DNA of 64,000 bases. It comes from Convolutriloba macropyga (Eukaryota). The notes beneath the pieces were generated by a model, which was not told where the DNA came from, made no database searches, and was given only the letters and a program-made list of their open reading frames with translations. Of this stretch, positions 1-11,042 are shown piece by piece (position 1 is the first letter of the stretch; each line of letters begins with the position of its first letter). The stretch spans positions 38,068,001 through 38,132,000 of the forward strand of contig NC_134471.1 of the NCBI RefSeq assembly GCF_964194025.1. The letters run 5' to 3'. The position numbers were made by a program, and so were the translations under genes.

Positions 1-1128
1 TTTGTATGTTATTTTTATTTGAATTTCTTTCATTGTCTTCATGATCTTGATAATTGTACATTTGTTGTTCCCAGAATAATTTCTTGTGTTCACGATTATC
101 GTTCATTGAACTAATATATGTGTTATTCCTGGTAGGATTATATTGTGTTGGGATCTGATATTTTCCTCTAATTCTTTGATTTACTGATGATGGTAGCAAA
201 TTCCCGATTCTGGCATCTCTGTCTTCTGAATCAGATATATCTATTTCATCTGTTATCTTCTGTTGATTTCCAAATAAATCTGATGTTAACTGTTTATTTG
301 GTTTTATTGTTGATTTTTGTTTTGTTTGTGAATCTGTGTTCATTTGGACATCTTTTGGTGTTGATGTTGATGTTAGACTTCTTGACAGGCTAAATGATGA
401 AGAACATGCTTGTCCTTGGTCTTCAATTTTGACATAGTTTTCTAACCCTTCTATGTAGTTAATACTATCTGAATATACTTTTAGTGTGCTTTCAAAATGT
501 TTCTCCAAACTGTATTCGTTTATCATTAATGTGTTCAAAATTATCTAACCAGAATAGGAATGTGAACTCTGAGATAATTTTTATTATGTCTGATATTGCT
601 ATTTTTAGTTCTTGTTTTAGTTCCATGATTTTTGTTAACCAATTGGTATAATTTATTATATCGTTTCTTAGTTTGTCGTTTACTGACTGTATTGGTTTCT
701 TTTGATCGTTTAAATATACAGTTGCATTTCGTAGTATTTCGTACGTTGTAGATGGTATTGCTGTTAATTTTATTCTATCTTGTGAGTCTTCATGTCGTTT
801 TAAGAATGTTTTAAACGTATTAGGTAATGTTGATTTCATTTTGGAAATTATAGAATGTTTTTCTATTTCCTTTTTCGTCTGTTAAGGTAAATGTATAATG
901 TTTATTAAATTGATCTCTATCCAGTAGTATTACTGGTAGATAGTGTGCCAAGTGATTTCTATGAATGTTTTTTTGTTGTATATGTTTTGTTTCTTTGAAG
1001 AGGTTATTCTTCAAGTTTATTATTATTCTGCAATTAATTTCACGGTTTTCCTGCGGGCAATCGCTAGCAATTGTAAATCGTGTTAAGAAATGGTTTGTTT
1101 TCGACTGAGGTTGATGGTTGGTATCCAT
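1..1128 (-). pseudogene. Frameshifted N-terminal part of ORF1 (gag-position ORF) of Y-family giant Gypsy element; continues beyond left window edge
   Basis: ORFs 820-1128 and 492-839 plus a third frame (ESTLKVYSDSINYIEG...NKNNIQ) open to position 1. They start about 90 nt downstream of the PBS and LTR and have the same A-rich sense strand as 18716-34000. No gag motif recognised in this part. Confidence 0.55.
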
Positions 1129-1220
1129 CCTTTGTTTTTGTTATTTGTGAGATAATATTGTTAATTTTAATTCCGTTATGGAGATTTGAAATTTGTTATT
1201 TTCCTTTGTTTAGTTCAGAA

Positions 1221-1232
1221 CTGGTCGCACCA
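1221..1232 (-). promoter_or_regulatory. Primer-binding site of Y-family element (TGGTGCGACCAG)
   Basis: TGG-initiated tract immediately 3' of the LTR end (GAACACGTCTTATC|TGGTGCGACCAG). The same LTR end at 34700 is not followed by this tract. Cognate tRNA not identified. Confidence 0.65.
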
Positions 1233-1236
1233 GATA

Positions 1237-2349
1237 AGACGTGTTCTGAGCTTATCTTTTTATAAGCTACTTCTGGAACTGTCTTATGGTTGTCTCAAGA
1301 ATATAGGATACTCTTAAGGCTTACCTGACTAACTAAAGTTCTAGATCTCTAGTCTGTTACTCTTCTTTCTGAGCTTCAGTAGACAGTGCACGGGACCCAA
1401 TGCTAAAGTCTAACGTATATCTCAAAACTAAACAAGAGCGGAGCAGAGAGAGAGAAATATACTTTATTACTATATCAGGTCTGTGACTAGTACCGACTAA
1501 CAGGGTCGACTAAACGGTTCTGAAGGGAAAACAGATAAACATTTAAGGAAAGGTATTTTTCTTTTTTTAACCGATCAGGGTTGAGTATTTCAGTCTTTAT
1601 TTTATTCAAATAAATAAAGTCTTCAAGTCTCTTGTTGGAAGTCAACATTGACTCCACTAACTTTTCTCAGTGAACTCTATTGAGATTTTTCAATTGTTGC
1701 TACTTTGAACTGACACCTCAAACCTAATCTTGGCATTTTTCTCAAACATAAATTATTTAACTTTTTTTCATTTTTTGTTCTTAGCAGTCAATTTGTTAAT
1801 ATTTTGCTGCAAACTATCTGTATAACAGGTTCCTTCAACAAGAGTTTATTCTGGAGTTGTCACTCAGCTTTTATTTTTTTCTGGTTGTGTATCAATTTCT
1901 GTCTGATACTTTTCTCATAACCTTCCTCCTGCTTCAGAACGTTTGGTATAATTAGGAGGAATATGCATTAGGTCATTAAGGACGGTTACTTTTCTACTTC
2001 GTGTCATTTTCAAGATTTTTCTTACAACCATATGACGTCATAATCACTTTAATTCTGACATTAGTTCATTCGTTCACGCAATTGCAACTAAATGGCGTGC
2101 GTGACGTCAACGTTTATTCTTTGAGGAGCTTTTTCTGTTCATTTGAGTGATTAAACTTTGGGTTGCACGTGACTCAACTCATGCTTAAAAATAAATTCCT
2201 CACTCTGAAATTGAATTTCTTTTACTTTAACTCAAAGACATAAGATCAAGTGAGTGCTTTCCACTCTAATTGAAGTTTAAGTAAGAGCATCTAAACTAAA
2301 CAGCAATAAGATATATAGATTCTTAATCACAGTTTAACATCTCAGCCCT
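1237..2349 (-). repeat. 5' LTR of Y-family element (1234-1656 firmly supported; upstream U3 boundary near 2349 inferred)
   Basis: 1234-1656 is the reverse complement of 34282-34703 with about a dozen differences in about 420 bp, and is followed by the PBS. The outer boundary is inferred from a candidate TSD TATTA (rc 2350-2354 = 34701-34705). Confidence 0.6.
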
Positions 2350-4690
2350 TAATAGAAAGAATAATTTTCTCTTTTTTGCTTTTTTTTCACTTTTTGTTTG
2401 AGAGTACAGATCTATGAAGCTTTTGCGTCTATTTTTTTGGCAATCTTCCAGCTTTTTTTAATACGTTCTCGGTCAGGACATTTATAGGAGCACCTGATAA
2501 CATCAGTGGCAACAGCATCTTCTACGAGACAACTTTAGAAATCTTTTGGTTAATTAAATCGACGAAACATTAACACCTCCTTTGGTTGACGAAGTCGCAA
2601 GTGGTGCCTTCAAACCAAGCACCACTAAAATGACAAGTCCTTAAGTTCAAGATAAGTTCACCAATACCTTGAATGAAATCCTGTCTGCCACATTAAATGA
2701 TTCTTACGCGGAAACAACAATGTACTGCGCAATGGTGATGCCTCATCTCACTCTTACGACAACAATAACGGAAGATGACGCCTCAAACACAAACTATTGA
2801 AAGTCAGTTAGATCAATTAATAAATTGGACATAGATGCCCTGTTTTTTAAAGCAAAGTTTATCCAGGAACGGATGAGCAGAACTTAAGTAAAACATCTGT
2901 TGATGAATACAAAGAATTTGTATTCATCAACAGTTAACAGAAATAATTTCCACCGCCATTCGAAATTTTATAGAAGAAGCGAAGGGTGTTATCTTTTCTT
3001 TAACTGATAGAGTAGACAAAAAATTGTCCTTGATTTCTTATCCGGGAAATATCTGGAACCACGCAAAAAAATTCAACCCTATGACGTCACAATCACTTTG
3101 AATCTGACATTTGTTCATTCGTTCACGCAATTGCAACTAAATTGCGTGCGTGACGTCAACTTTTACTCTTAGTGGAGCATTTTCTGTTCATTTGAGTGAT
3201 TAAACTTTGGGTTGCACGTGACTCAACTCATGCTTAAAAATAAATTCCTCACTCTGAAATTGAATTTCTTTTGCTTTAACTCAAAGACATAAGATCAAGT
3301 GAGTGCTTTGTCACTCTAATTGATGTTTAAACAAGAGCAGCTAAAAGGAACAGCAATAAGATATACAGATTCTTATTCAAAATTTAACATCTCAGGCCTT
3401 AATAAAAAGAATAATTTTCTCTTTTTTTTGTTTTCTGTCCTTTTTTGTTTGAGAATACAGATCTATGAAGCTATTGCGGCTATTTTTTGGCTACCTGCCA
3501 GCTTTTTTTAATACGTTCCCAGTCAGGACATTTATAAGAGCACCTGATAAAATCAGTGGCAACAACTGAGAATATCGTTATGAATCGTAATGGAAGTAGT
3601 GGACGGTTGTAGAGTACTTGGTAGTGTAATAGGTTCTGATAATACAGAAAAGAAAAATGTAGAAAGATCACTCAAAGAGCAGAAAGTTTTGTTAAAAAAA
3701 CTGGCCACTCATGCCAATGTTTCATCACAAAATGTTCATAAATCGTTCACTTTATTGGTTCATCATATATTGACCTTCCTAGCTCGTACATCACCTAATA
3801 CTGAAGACTTGTTAAATTAGTGTGAGAAACCAATGAACGATGAGATAATCCCTAATCTGTTAAAAAATCCCGCCTAAAAACAAAAAAATAGGAATATCTT
3901 TTCGTTGCCCATAAAGGAGGGCGGCTTGAACATCTTTTAACCTGAAGATTGCTATAGAAATAATGAACAATTGATTCAACTAATTTTCTCTTTTTTTGTT
4001 TTTTGTCCTTTTTTGTTTGAGAATAAAGATCTATGAAGCTATTGCGGCTATTTTTTGGCTACCTGCCAGCTTTTTTTAATACGTTCTCAGTCAGGACATT
4101 TATAAGAGCACCTGATAAAATCAGTGGCAACAACATCTTCGACGAGACAATTTTAGAAATTATTTGGTTAATTAAATCAACAAAACATGAACACTTCCCT
4201 TTTGTTGACCAAGTCGCAATTGGAGCCTTGAAACCAAGCACCACTATAATGACAAGTCCTTAAGTTCAAGATAAGTTCACCAATACCTTGAATGAAATAC
4301 TGTCTGCCACTTTAAATGATTCTAACGCGGAAACAGCAATGTACTGCTCAATGGTGATGCCTCATCTCACTCTTGCGACAATAAGAACGGAGGATGAAGC
4401 CTCAAATATAAACTATTGAAAGTCAGTTAGATCAATTAATAAATTGTACATAGATTCCCTGTTTTTTGATTTAAAGGCTATCCAGGAACGGATGAGCAGA
4501 ACTTAAGTAAAATATCTGTTGATGAATACAAAGAATTTGTATTCATCAACAGTTAACAGGAATAATTTCCAAAGCCATTCAAAATCTTATAGAGGAAACG
4601 AAGGGTGGAATCCTTCTTAAGCTGATAGAGTAGACAAAAAACTGTTCTTGATGTCTTATCCGAGAAACATCTGGAACCACGCAAAAATCT
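2030..4690. repeat. Mosaic of local duplications: 2030-2515 ~ 3079-3565; 2362-3068 ~ 3981-4688; 3577-3980 ~ 5566-5970
   Basis: Direct sequence comparison. The duplicated ORFs MEVVDGCRVL (3590) and MEIVDGCRVL (5578) confirm one pair. Confidence 0.85.
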
Positions 4691-6952
4691 TGAAATATCT
4701 AGTGCGCAATCAACATCCGAAAATTTTACCATACCATCAATCCATATTTGAAAAACTCAATGCCTCAATGGTTAGAAGATCTGCCATGAAGACGCATGGA
4801 AGCCCTGGTCCTTCCGGTCTTGATGCCAATGAATGCCGAAGGCTTCTGACGTCCTTTAAGTCGTCTTCATTTGATCGATGCAAAACGGTAGCTAAACTAG
4901 CAATACGCATAGCAACGTCTCATTTGACTTTCGTTCTCCCATAGATTTCATGTCAATTGATAGCTCTTGATAAATGCCATAAGAATTGGGGAAGTCCTAT
5001 TGACCAATAGGAAGTGGAGGAAGTCCTCAGGCGAATTATTGGAAGAACTATTGTCAAATGTAATAAATCCAACTTAAAGATAGTAGGTGGTGATCAGCAA
5101 CTATGTGTGGTTCAAAAAAAAGGAATCGAACATGCAATTTTTTCAATGAGAGCTGCTTTTGAAAACACAGATTCGGAGTCGATCTGGCTTATTGACGCAA
5201 AAAACGAATTCAAGTCTCAACCGTGATCTTTCCTTATTAAACATTGAGAAACTATGCCTTTTTCTCTTTCATTCTATCTGTAATTCATATATTGAACAAT
5301 CAAAATTGTTTATTAACAAACAAACAATATTTTCTCAGAAGATACAACGAAGGCGACCCCTGCGATGTCGATGTATGGAATTGCCATTATCCCCTAATTG
5401 AACTTCTTGATGACTGAATCACAGTTCAAAAATGGTATGAAGACAATGGCAACGCTGTCAGGTCTCTTGATAACTTAAAAAACTGTTTGACTCATTTAAA
5501 AAAAAACGTGGTTCTATTTGCGGTTACCATCTTACCAAATGCCACATCATTACCAAAGAACATCATTATGAATCGTAATGGAAATAGTGGACGGTTGTAG
5601 AGTACTTTGTAGTGTAATAGGTTTTGATAATACAGAGAAGAAAAATGTAGAAAGATCACTCAAAGAGCAGAAAGTTTTCTTAAAAAAACTGGCCACTCAT
5701 GCCGATGTTTCACCACAAAATGTTCATAAATCGTTCACTTTATTGGTTCATCATATATTGACCTTCCTAGCTCGTATATCACCTAAAACTGAAGAACTGT
5801 TAAATTAGTGTGAGAAACCAATGAACGATGAGCTAATCCCTAATCTATTAAAAAATCCCGCCTAAAAAACAAAAATACAGGATTATCTTTTCGTTGCCCA
5901 TAAAGGAGGGCGGCTTGAACATCTTTTAACTTGAAGATTGCTATAGAAATAATGAACAATCGATTCAACTGTCAAACCCTTTATCCCTTTCTCTGCCCGA
6001 CGCCGAACTAAAGCAACAACAAAGCAACAATAAATAATGCTATCAAATCAAAAAGGACGTGAATTAAGAGCAAAATGAATAAAATCAAGATTCGCTCACT
6101 TGACTTAGCTGGTGAAAAGGGAGCATCAAGCTGGTTAAACGCTATGCCATTGAGGCGATATCACTTTGACCTAACTTTGAAATAAAAGCGAGTTTCGTGA
6201 TAGGTTTGGCTTTTGCTATGGCTAGGACCCAGTAGAGATGCCATCATTATGCGTGTGCAATGAAAGTTTCAATGCTGCACATGCCCTCCGCTGCCCAAAA
6301 GGAGGTTAAACCCATATGAGACATAATGAAATTCGTGATTCTTTTGCGATCATATTAAGTGGTGTCTGCCATGACGTCGAGATCGAACCTCATCTTCAGC
6401 CGTTGCAAAGGGAAACCTTTGCTCTTAAGTCATCGACAACTGATTATGATGCAAGATTAGATATCAAGGCCAACGGATTTCGGGAATCGAGGTTCAACAA
6501 ATTTATTTTGACGTGAAAATTTTCAACCCGCTGTCATAAAGTTGCGCTGAAAGCAGTAGCGAAGCCTACAAGTACCATGAATCTTGTAAAAGGAACAAAT
6601 ATGAACAAAGAATAACTGATGTTGAGAAAACAACATTTTGTCCACTTCTTCGCATGTAGGCATGTAGTGGTGGAGCTGGCCCACCAGCTTCAAAAGCGTT
6701 GAAACAACTGGTATCAATGCTCTCTGCGTGGAAAGAGGACAGCTACGCTGATATCATATCATATCTAAGGACAAAAATCAGCTTTGCTCTCCTGAGGAGT
6801 TCAATCCTCTGCATTTGTGGGTCAAGGACGCTTAGATGGTGCTAAATTGTTGATGCTTCGATGGGAGCTGTGGTTGAAGAAGGGAGGCCGTTAGTTTGAC
6901 TCATCCACTTCCGTCAATAGTTGTTTGCTTTATAGTAGTAGTAGTAGTATAG
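3981..6952 (+). mobile_element. Decayed CRE-clade non-LTR retrotransposon (RT + restriction-like endonuclease)
   Basis: Fragments GSPGPSGLDA, EVLRRIIG, QQLC..GIEHAI, LIDAKN, SLNR, GDP, C-P-K-G-G zinc knuckle + RHNEIRD, RLDIKANGF and DVKIFNP. Stop near 6898 followed by a (TAG)n tail at 6933-6952. Many stops and frameshifts. Confidence 0.8.
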
Positions 6953-6959
6953 AATTTGG

Positions 6960-9506
6960 ATATGTTTCCCGGGGCTTCAATTTGTGCCCCTTAGTCAGTT
7001 TCAAATGTCAAGTTTTTTCCAATTGTTACAATTGTCACATCTGCAAATTATACGCCAAGAGCATTTGTTTGTCAGGCTGAAATGAGTTGTGAAAAAGCGC
7101 CAGTATGCTTTTGTGATAGTGTGTTTGTTTAATTTGCCTCCAAATTTTTGAATATTTCTATTTACAACGTTGTACAGTTGTTTCGTTCGGTGGAAGAAGT
7201 TTTCATCAGATTTGACTAGTCGGTTATTTTCGATTTTCAATTCACCTCTACAGTGTTGCCTTGTCCTCTCGTCTTCAAGGGTTTTAAAATTTGTCGGAAT
7301 GTCCAATTCATTACGTGTAATAGCTAGGAAGAGAAGAAGATCATGCAGTTCAACGTAGTGACAGAGTGGGAGGAGTTTTAGGCTAATGAGACGTTCTTTG
7401 TAACTTTGAAGTGAGTTTCCTAGAATCCATTTAGTAGACATGATCTGCACTTTTTCAATTTTGTACATGTTGGTGCGGTTTGGCAACCATGCTTGTGAGC
7501 AGTACGTCAAAATGGGAACAATATAACCAGTATAGCAGTTCATTTTGGTTGACGTTGAGCTGATTGTTGACATATTTCGTTTTATTTGGAAAAAGCACTG
7601 GTCGCTTTTTTCACTCTGTGGTCGCAGTTGCCTTGCCATGAGAGATTTGATGTTATTATTAAACCAAGGTCTTTTTGGGATTCAGTTGGTTTTACTTCCT
7701 GGCCACACATAGATGTCGTGAGATTACCTCTAACATTTAACAACTTGCATTTGTTTGCATTTAACTCCATTCCAGTCTCTCGGCACCAGTCTTCAATATT
7801 TTTTGCGCTTCTGTCCAGTTTTGCTTGATCATGAACGATGAACTTATAGTCGTCTGCAAATCCAAAACCTTCAATATCGGGGTTTGCATCTGGCAAGTCA
7901 TTTATAGAAATTAAGAACAGTAGTGGTCCAAGTATCGAACCTTGTGGGACTCCACTAGTTACGTTCTCCAAACTTGAATAACAATTTCCAATTTTAACAA
8001 ATTGTTTTCTATCTTCTAAATAAGAGTGAAAGTGTAATAATATATTTCCTCCGACATCAAAACTTTCGAGTTTTTTTTATGAGAAGGTGATGTGGTACTT
8101 TATCAAAAGCTTTTGCAAAATCTAAGTACAGGATACTACTGTCGTCCGACGAAATTGTGTCAAATTTGCGATATACTCTGTCAAGAAACAGTAGAAGCTG
8201 AGTGGTTGCCGATCTATTCTTTCGAAAGCGGAATTGATTTTTGTTTAATCTGTGACGACAATGATAAAATTTTTCGTCAGAAATCACTTTTTCAAAAATT
8301 TTGGACATACAAGAGAGTAAACTAATGGGTCTGCTTTGCTTCCCTCCTTATAGATGGGAGTTATTTGAATTATTTTCCAGATAGAAGGGAATTTTCTTTT
8401 ATTGGACATTGTTTGAAAAAGAAGGACGAGTGACTTGCTCAAAGTTGCTGAGCAAAATTTAAAAATTATGTTACCAAAGTTATCGGGTCCGTTTGACTTG
8501 TTGAGTTGTAGTTTCCTTGATATATCTGTTATCAGTTTTTCTGTTATATGCAGAGAATTAAGTTTTCTCCTCAAGACTGCTGGTTTGTAATCAACTTTGT
8601 CACTGTACACTTTTTGGAAGAAGGAGTCAAAAAGTTCTGCTTTGTGTTGATCGGTTCTAGCGCTCGTGTTTGCATAGTTTACAATGGGTGGTATGGAAGG
8701 ACTCTTTCTTATTGCCCGGAGATATTTTTGTATATTACTGAACCGTCGCCCTGCGAAAACTTCGGATTCAAAATTAGACTGATCTTTCTCCATTTCAATT
8801 GATATTTGTTTTTCAAGTTTCTTTATTTTGAGGCTCCTGCTCAGGTTCATTACCTGCCGTCGTTTTTTTTATTATTTTCCAGTTTCTTGATTAGATGGGA
8901 TGTTGATGGTGTTACCCACGGGGGAAGTGAAGCTCGATGCCGCGTGACTTTAGGAATGTTTGCTTCGAGGATCTTGTTTATCCATTTGTACCATTCTTGA
9001 ACCAGGACGTTCACATTGCTGTAGCAGTACGGATCAAAAGGTGATTTCATTATTTGCTCATTTAGGTGCTCCCAGTTTGCTCTTTTGAAAGCAAATTTGA
9101 CATCTCCAGCAGATGCGTGGGGATGGATGAACGTGCTCAAGTAAGTGCAGATTGGGATGTGATCAGAGCAAGGTTTTTGATTTGTGGAGTATTTAGAAGA
9201 AAGATTATTGTCCAAGTCGCAGCTTATAATTGGGTCGAGGGTGTTGACTAGGACTACATCAAGTTGTCTCTAAGCAATGTTTGAAAAATTTAATTCAAAC
9301 AACTTTTCAATGAATGCAGTCTCATAATCATCACTTGAGCTCATTGATTCCCAGTCAGTTTTGGAAAAATTTATGTCTCCCGTCAGTATCAAGTTTTCAC
9401 ATATCTGATTTGAGCGTGTTAATTCAATTTCATAAAGTAGGGTTGATAGTTGTGCAGATGACCATAGGAATGGACTTCCAGTGGGTGGATTGTAGACACA
9501 GCAGAT
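6960..9506 (-). mobile_element. 3' part of CR1-group (CR1/L2/Daphne-like) LINE ORF2, frameshifted; 5' end cut off by LTR of element X
   Basis: APE remnants (ILTGDINFS; SDHIPI) and RT motifs KSNGPD, YLDFAKAFDKVPH, SGVPQGSILGPLLF..INDLP, FADD, KDLG, Y...VPILTYCSQAW, SYKERL..LKLLPL. Confidence 0.85.
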
Positions 9507-10123
9507 TGTAATATCCGTGCACTGTCAACGGTTACGGTTTGGTTTGGATGTTATTCCTAAGCACTTTAAACCTCGGAGTTACTGAGGAAAATTTTCCAAG
9601 TTTCAGACTTGAATTTAATGGAGCAAATGTAAAAGTTCAATCAGTTTAATACAAAATTAGATCAATTGCTTGTAAATATTAGAAGGTTTGTGAAGATGAG
9701 AGATGTAAAGCAATTAAAGAGAGGCAGCTCGATTGTGTAAGGTTTAGGTTTGAATATGTTCTTTGGTTTTCAGTCCTATCAATGGTTAATTAATCTTAGG
9801 TTATTTTTACCCATTTTCGTTAATCTCCGTGGGATTTTCTCATAGTTATTTTCTACCGCATGGGTCCCTGTTAGTTAAACTAACAGATAACAGGTTTACC
9901 TGCTTGACGAATCCCGTCATGAACAAACATTCCTTGACATGTCCCGTCAAGATTAAATTATATGATGATTCCCATCATTATTTATGATGCTTTCTCTATA
10001 TTGTTAAAATCCGGTTTACTATTAGTAACCATCTCTTTTTGTTCTGCTTTTTGTTTATGAAAATTTCGAATTACGCGCTTAATATGTAATTTATGAGCAT
10101 GTCATACATTATGGTTCACTATA
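9507..10123 (-). repeat. 3' LTR of element X (617 bp)
   Basis: Direct repeat of 18099-18715 (offset 8592). One mismatch seen (AATATCCGT vs AATATACGT). Minus-strand termini TATAG...TTACA. Confidence 0.97.
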
Positions 10124-10136
10124 CTGCCTCCCTCTT
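10124..10136 (-). promoter_or_regulatory. Polypurine tract of element X (AAGAGGGAGGCAG)
   Basis: Purine-rich run immediately 5' of the 3' LTR on the minus strand. Confidence 0.85.
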
Positions 10137-10177
10137 AGAAAAATGTGAGTGTTCCACTCACTCACACAGCAAGAGTT

Positions 10178-11020
10178 TCAAATGTCCATTTTCGAGTTCA
10201 TATATTCTTGTGCTTTTTCAATGCCGTACTTGTCATAGATATTACGGGCCTCCTCGTCTTCCATAATTTTCTTTGCTTGAAGAATGATTTTGAACATGTC
10301 CTCACGACCACCCTTGTCCGGATGACAAAGCAGTGCTAACGTTTTGAAATGTTTCTGGATAGTACTCTTTGTGGCCCCCTGTGGCAGGAATAGAAGTTCA
10401 TAAAAGTTTGGAGGTCGACTGAACGGGCTCTGCGCATTGATCGCCTCCAGCCTCCTCTGTATGACCTTCTTTGAGGTTTGCTCTGTTTTTACTCTACCCC
10501 TCAGCTTTCTATTGTCTATCTCGGCATTCTCCAACTCCCGAGCTAAACACTCCCGCTCGTCCACCAGAGCGATACATTCCCTTGTTTTTGTTTCGGCTAC
10601 ATTTGTAACCTCCTCCAATTCTTTCTTCAATGTTTCCAACTGCCTTCTGCAGGACTCCCGCTGATTCCCAGCGTATTCAAGTTGCCGTTGGGTCTCCAGC
10701 AATTGATCACCTAATCTTTGACTTTCAAGTTTAAACTGCCGGAGCTCCTCTTCGAGCCGAGCCCCGGCTGTTCCCAGCATTTCGCTGTTGTCAATCTTCT
10801 TTTGTTGTTCCTCGATTCTGTGTTGCATCTCATTTAACTCATCAACGCTAATTGCGGCTCTATCCACTATATTGGGTGGTTGCAGATGCGTCAGTGGCAC
10901 CACGTACCTCTTGTTTGAGGTTACACCAACAATCCGATACACTTGTTGCCTGACTATTGACCTCACTTCGAACAACTCGGGTAGATAGTAGCAATAATCA
11001 CCGATTTTTGGTTCTGCCAT
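10178..11020 (-). CDS. ORF4 of element X: SH3-like N-terminus + coiled coil + C-terminal J-domain (DnaJ/Hsp40-type co-chaperone domain), 280 aa
   Basis: ATG-initiated and intact. aa 205-275 NFYELL..PQGATKSTIQKHFKTLALLCHPDKGG..DMFKIILQAKKIMEDEEARNIYDKYG follows the J-domain helix I-IV pattern with the HPD motif (10316-10324). aa ~55-195 is an E/Q/K/R/L-rich heptad region. Confidence 0.9.
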   Translation of the reverse strand: MAEPKIGDYCYYLPELFEVRSIVRQQVYRIVGVTSNKRYVVPLTHLQPPNIVDRAAISVDELNEMQHRIEEQQKKIDNSEMLGTAGARLEEELRQFKLESQRLGDQLLETQRQLEYAGNQRESCRRQLETLKKELEEVTNVAETKTRECIALVDERECLARELENAEIDNRKLRGRVKTEQTSKKVIQRRLEAINAQSPFSRPPNFYELLFLPQGATKSTIQKHFKTLALLCHPDKGGREDMFKIILQAKKIMEDEEARNIYDKYGIEKAQEYMNSKMDI

Positions 11021-11042
11021 TCCTACATATCATACACGTAAA

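Noticed and set aside
2030-3565. Direct repeats as LTR pair of a small TRIM-like element
   Set aside because: No PBS or PPT between them. The repeat crosses the LTR/CRE junction and is better explained as a local duplication.
10178-11020. ORF4 as a host dnaJ gene or polyomavirus T-antigen insertion
   Set aside because: It is intronless, lies inside the LTR pair co-oriented with env, has the J-domain at the C-terminus, and lacks G/F, zinc-finger, LxCxE and helicase regions. No gene symbol assigned.
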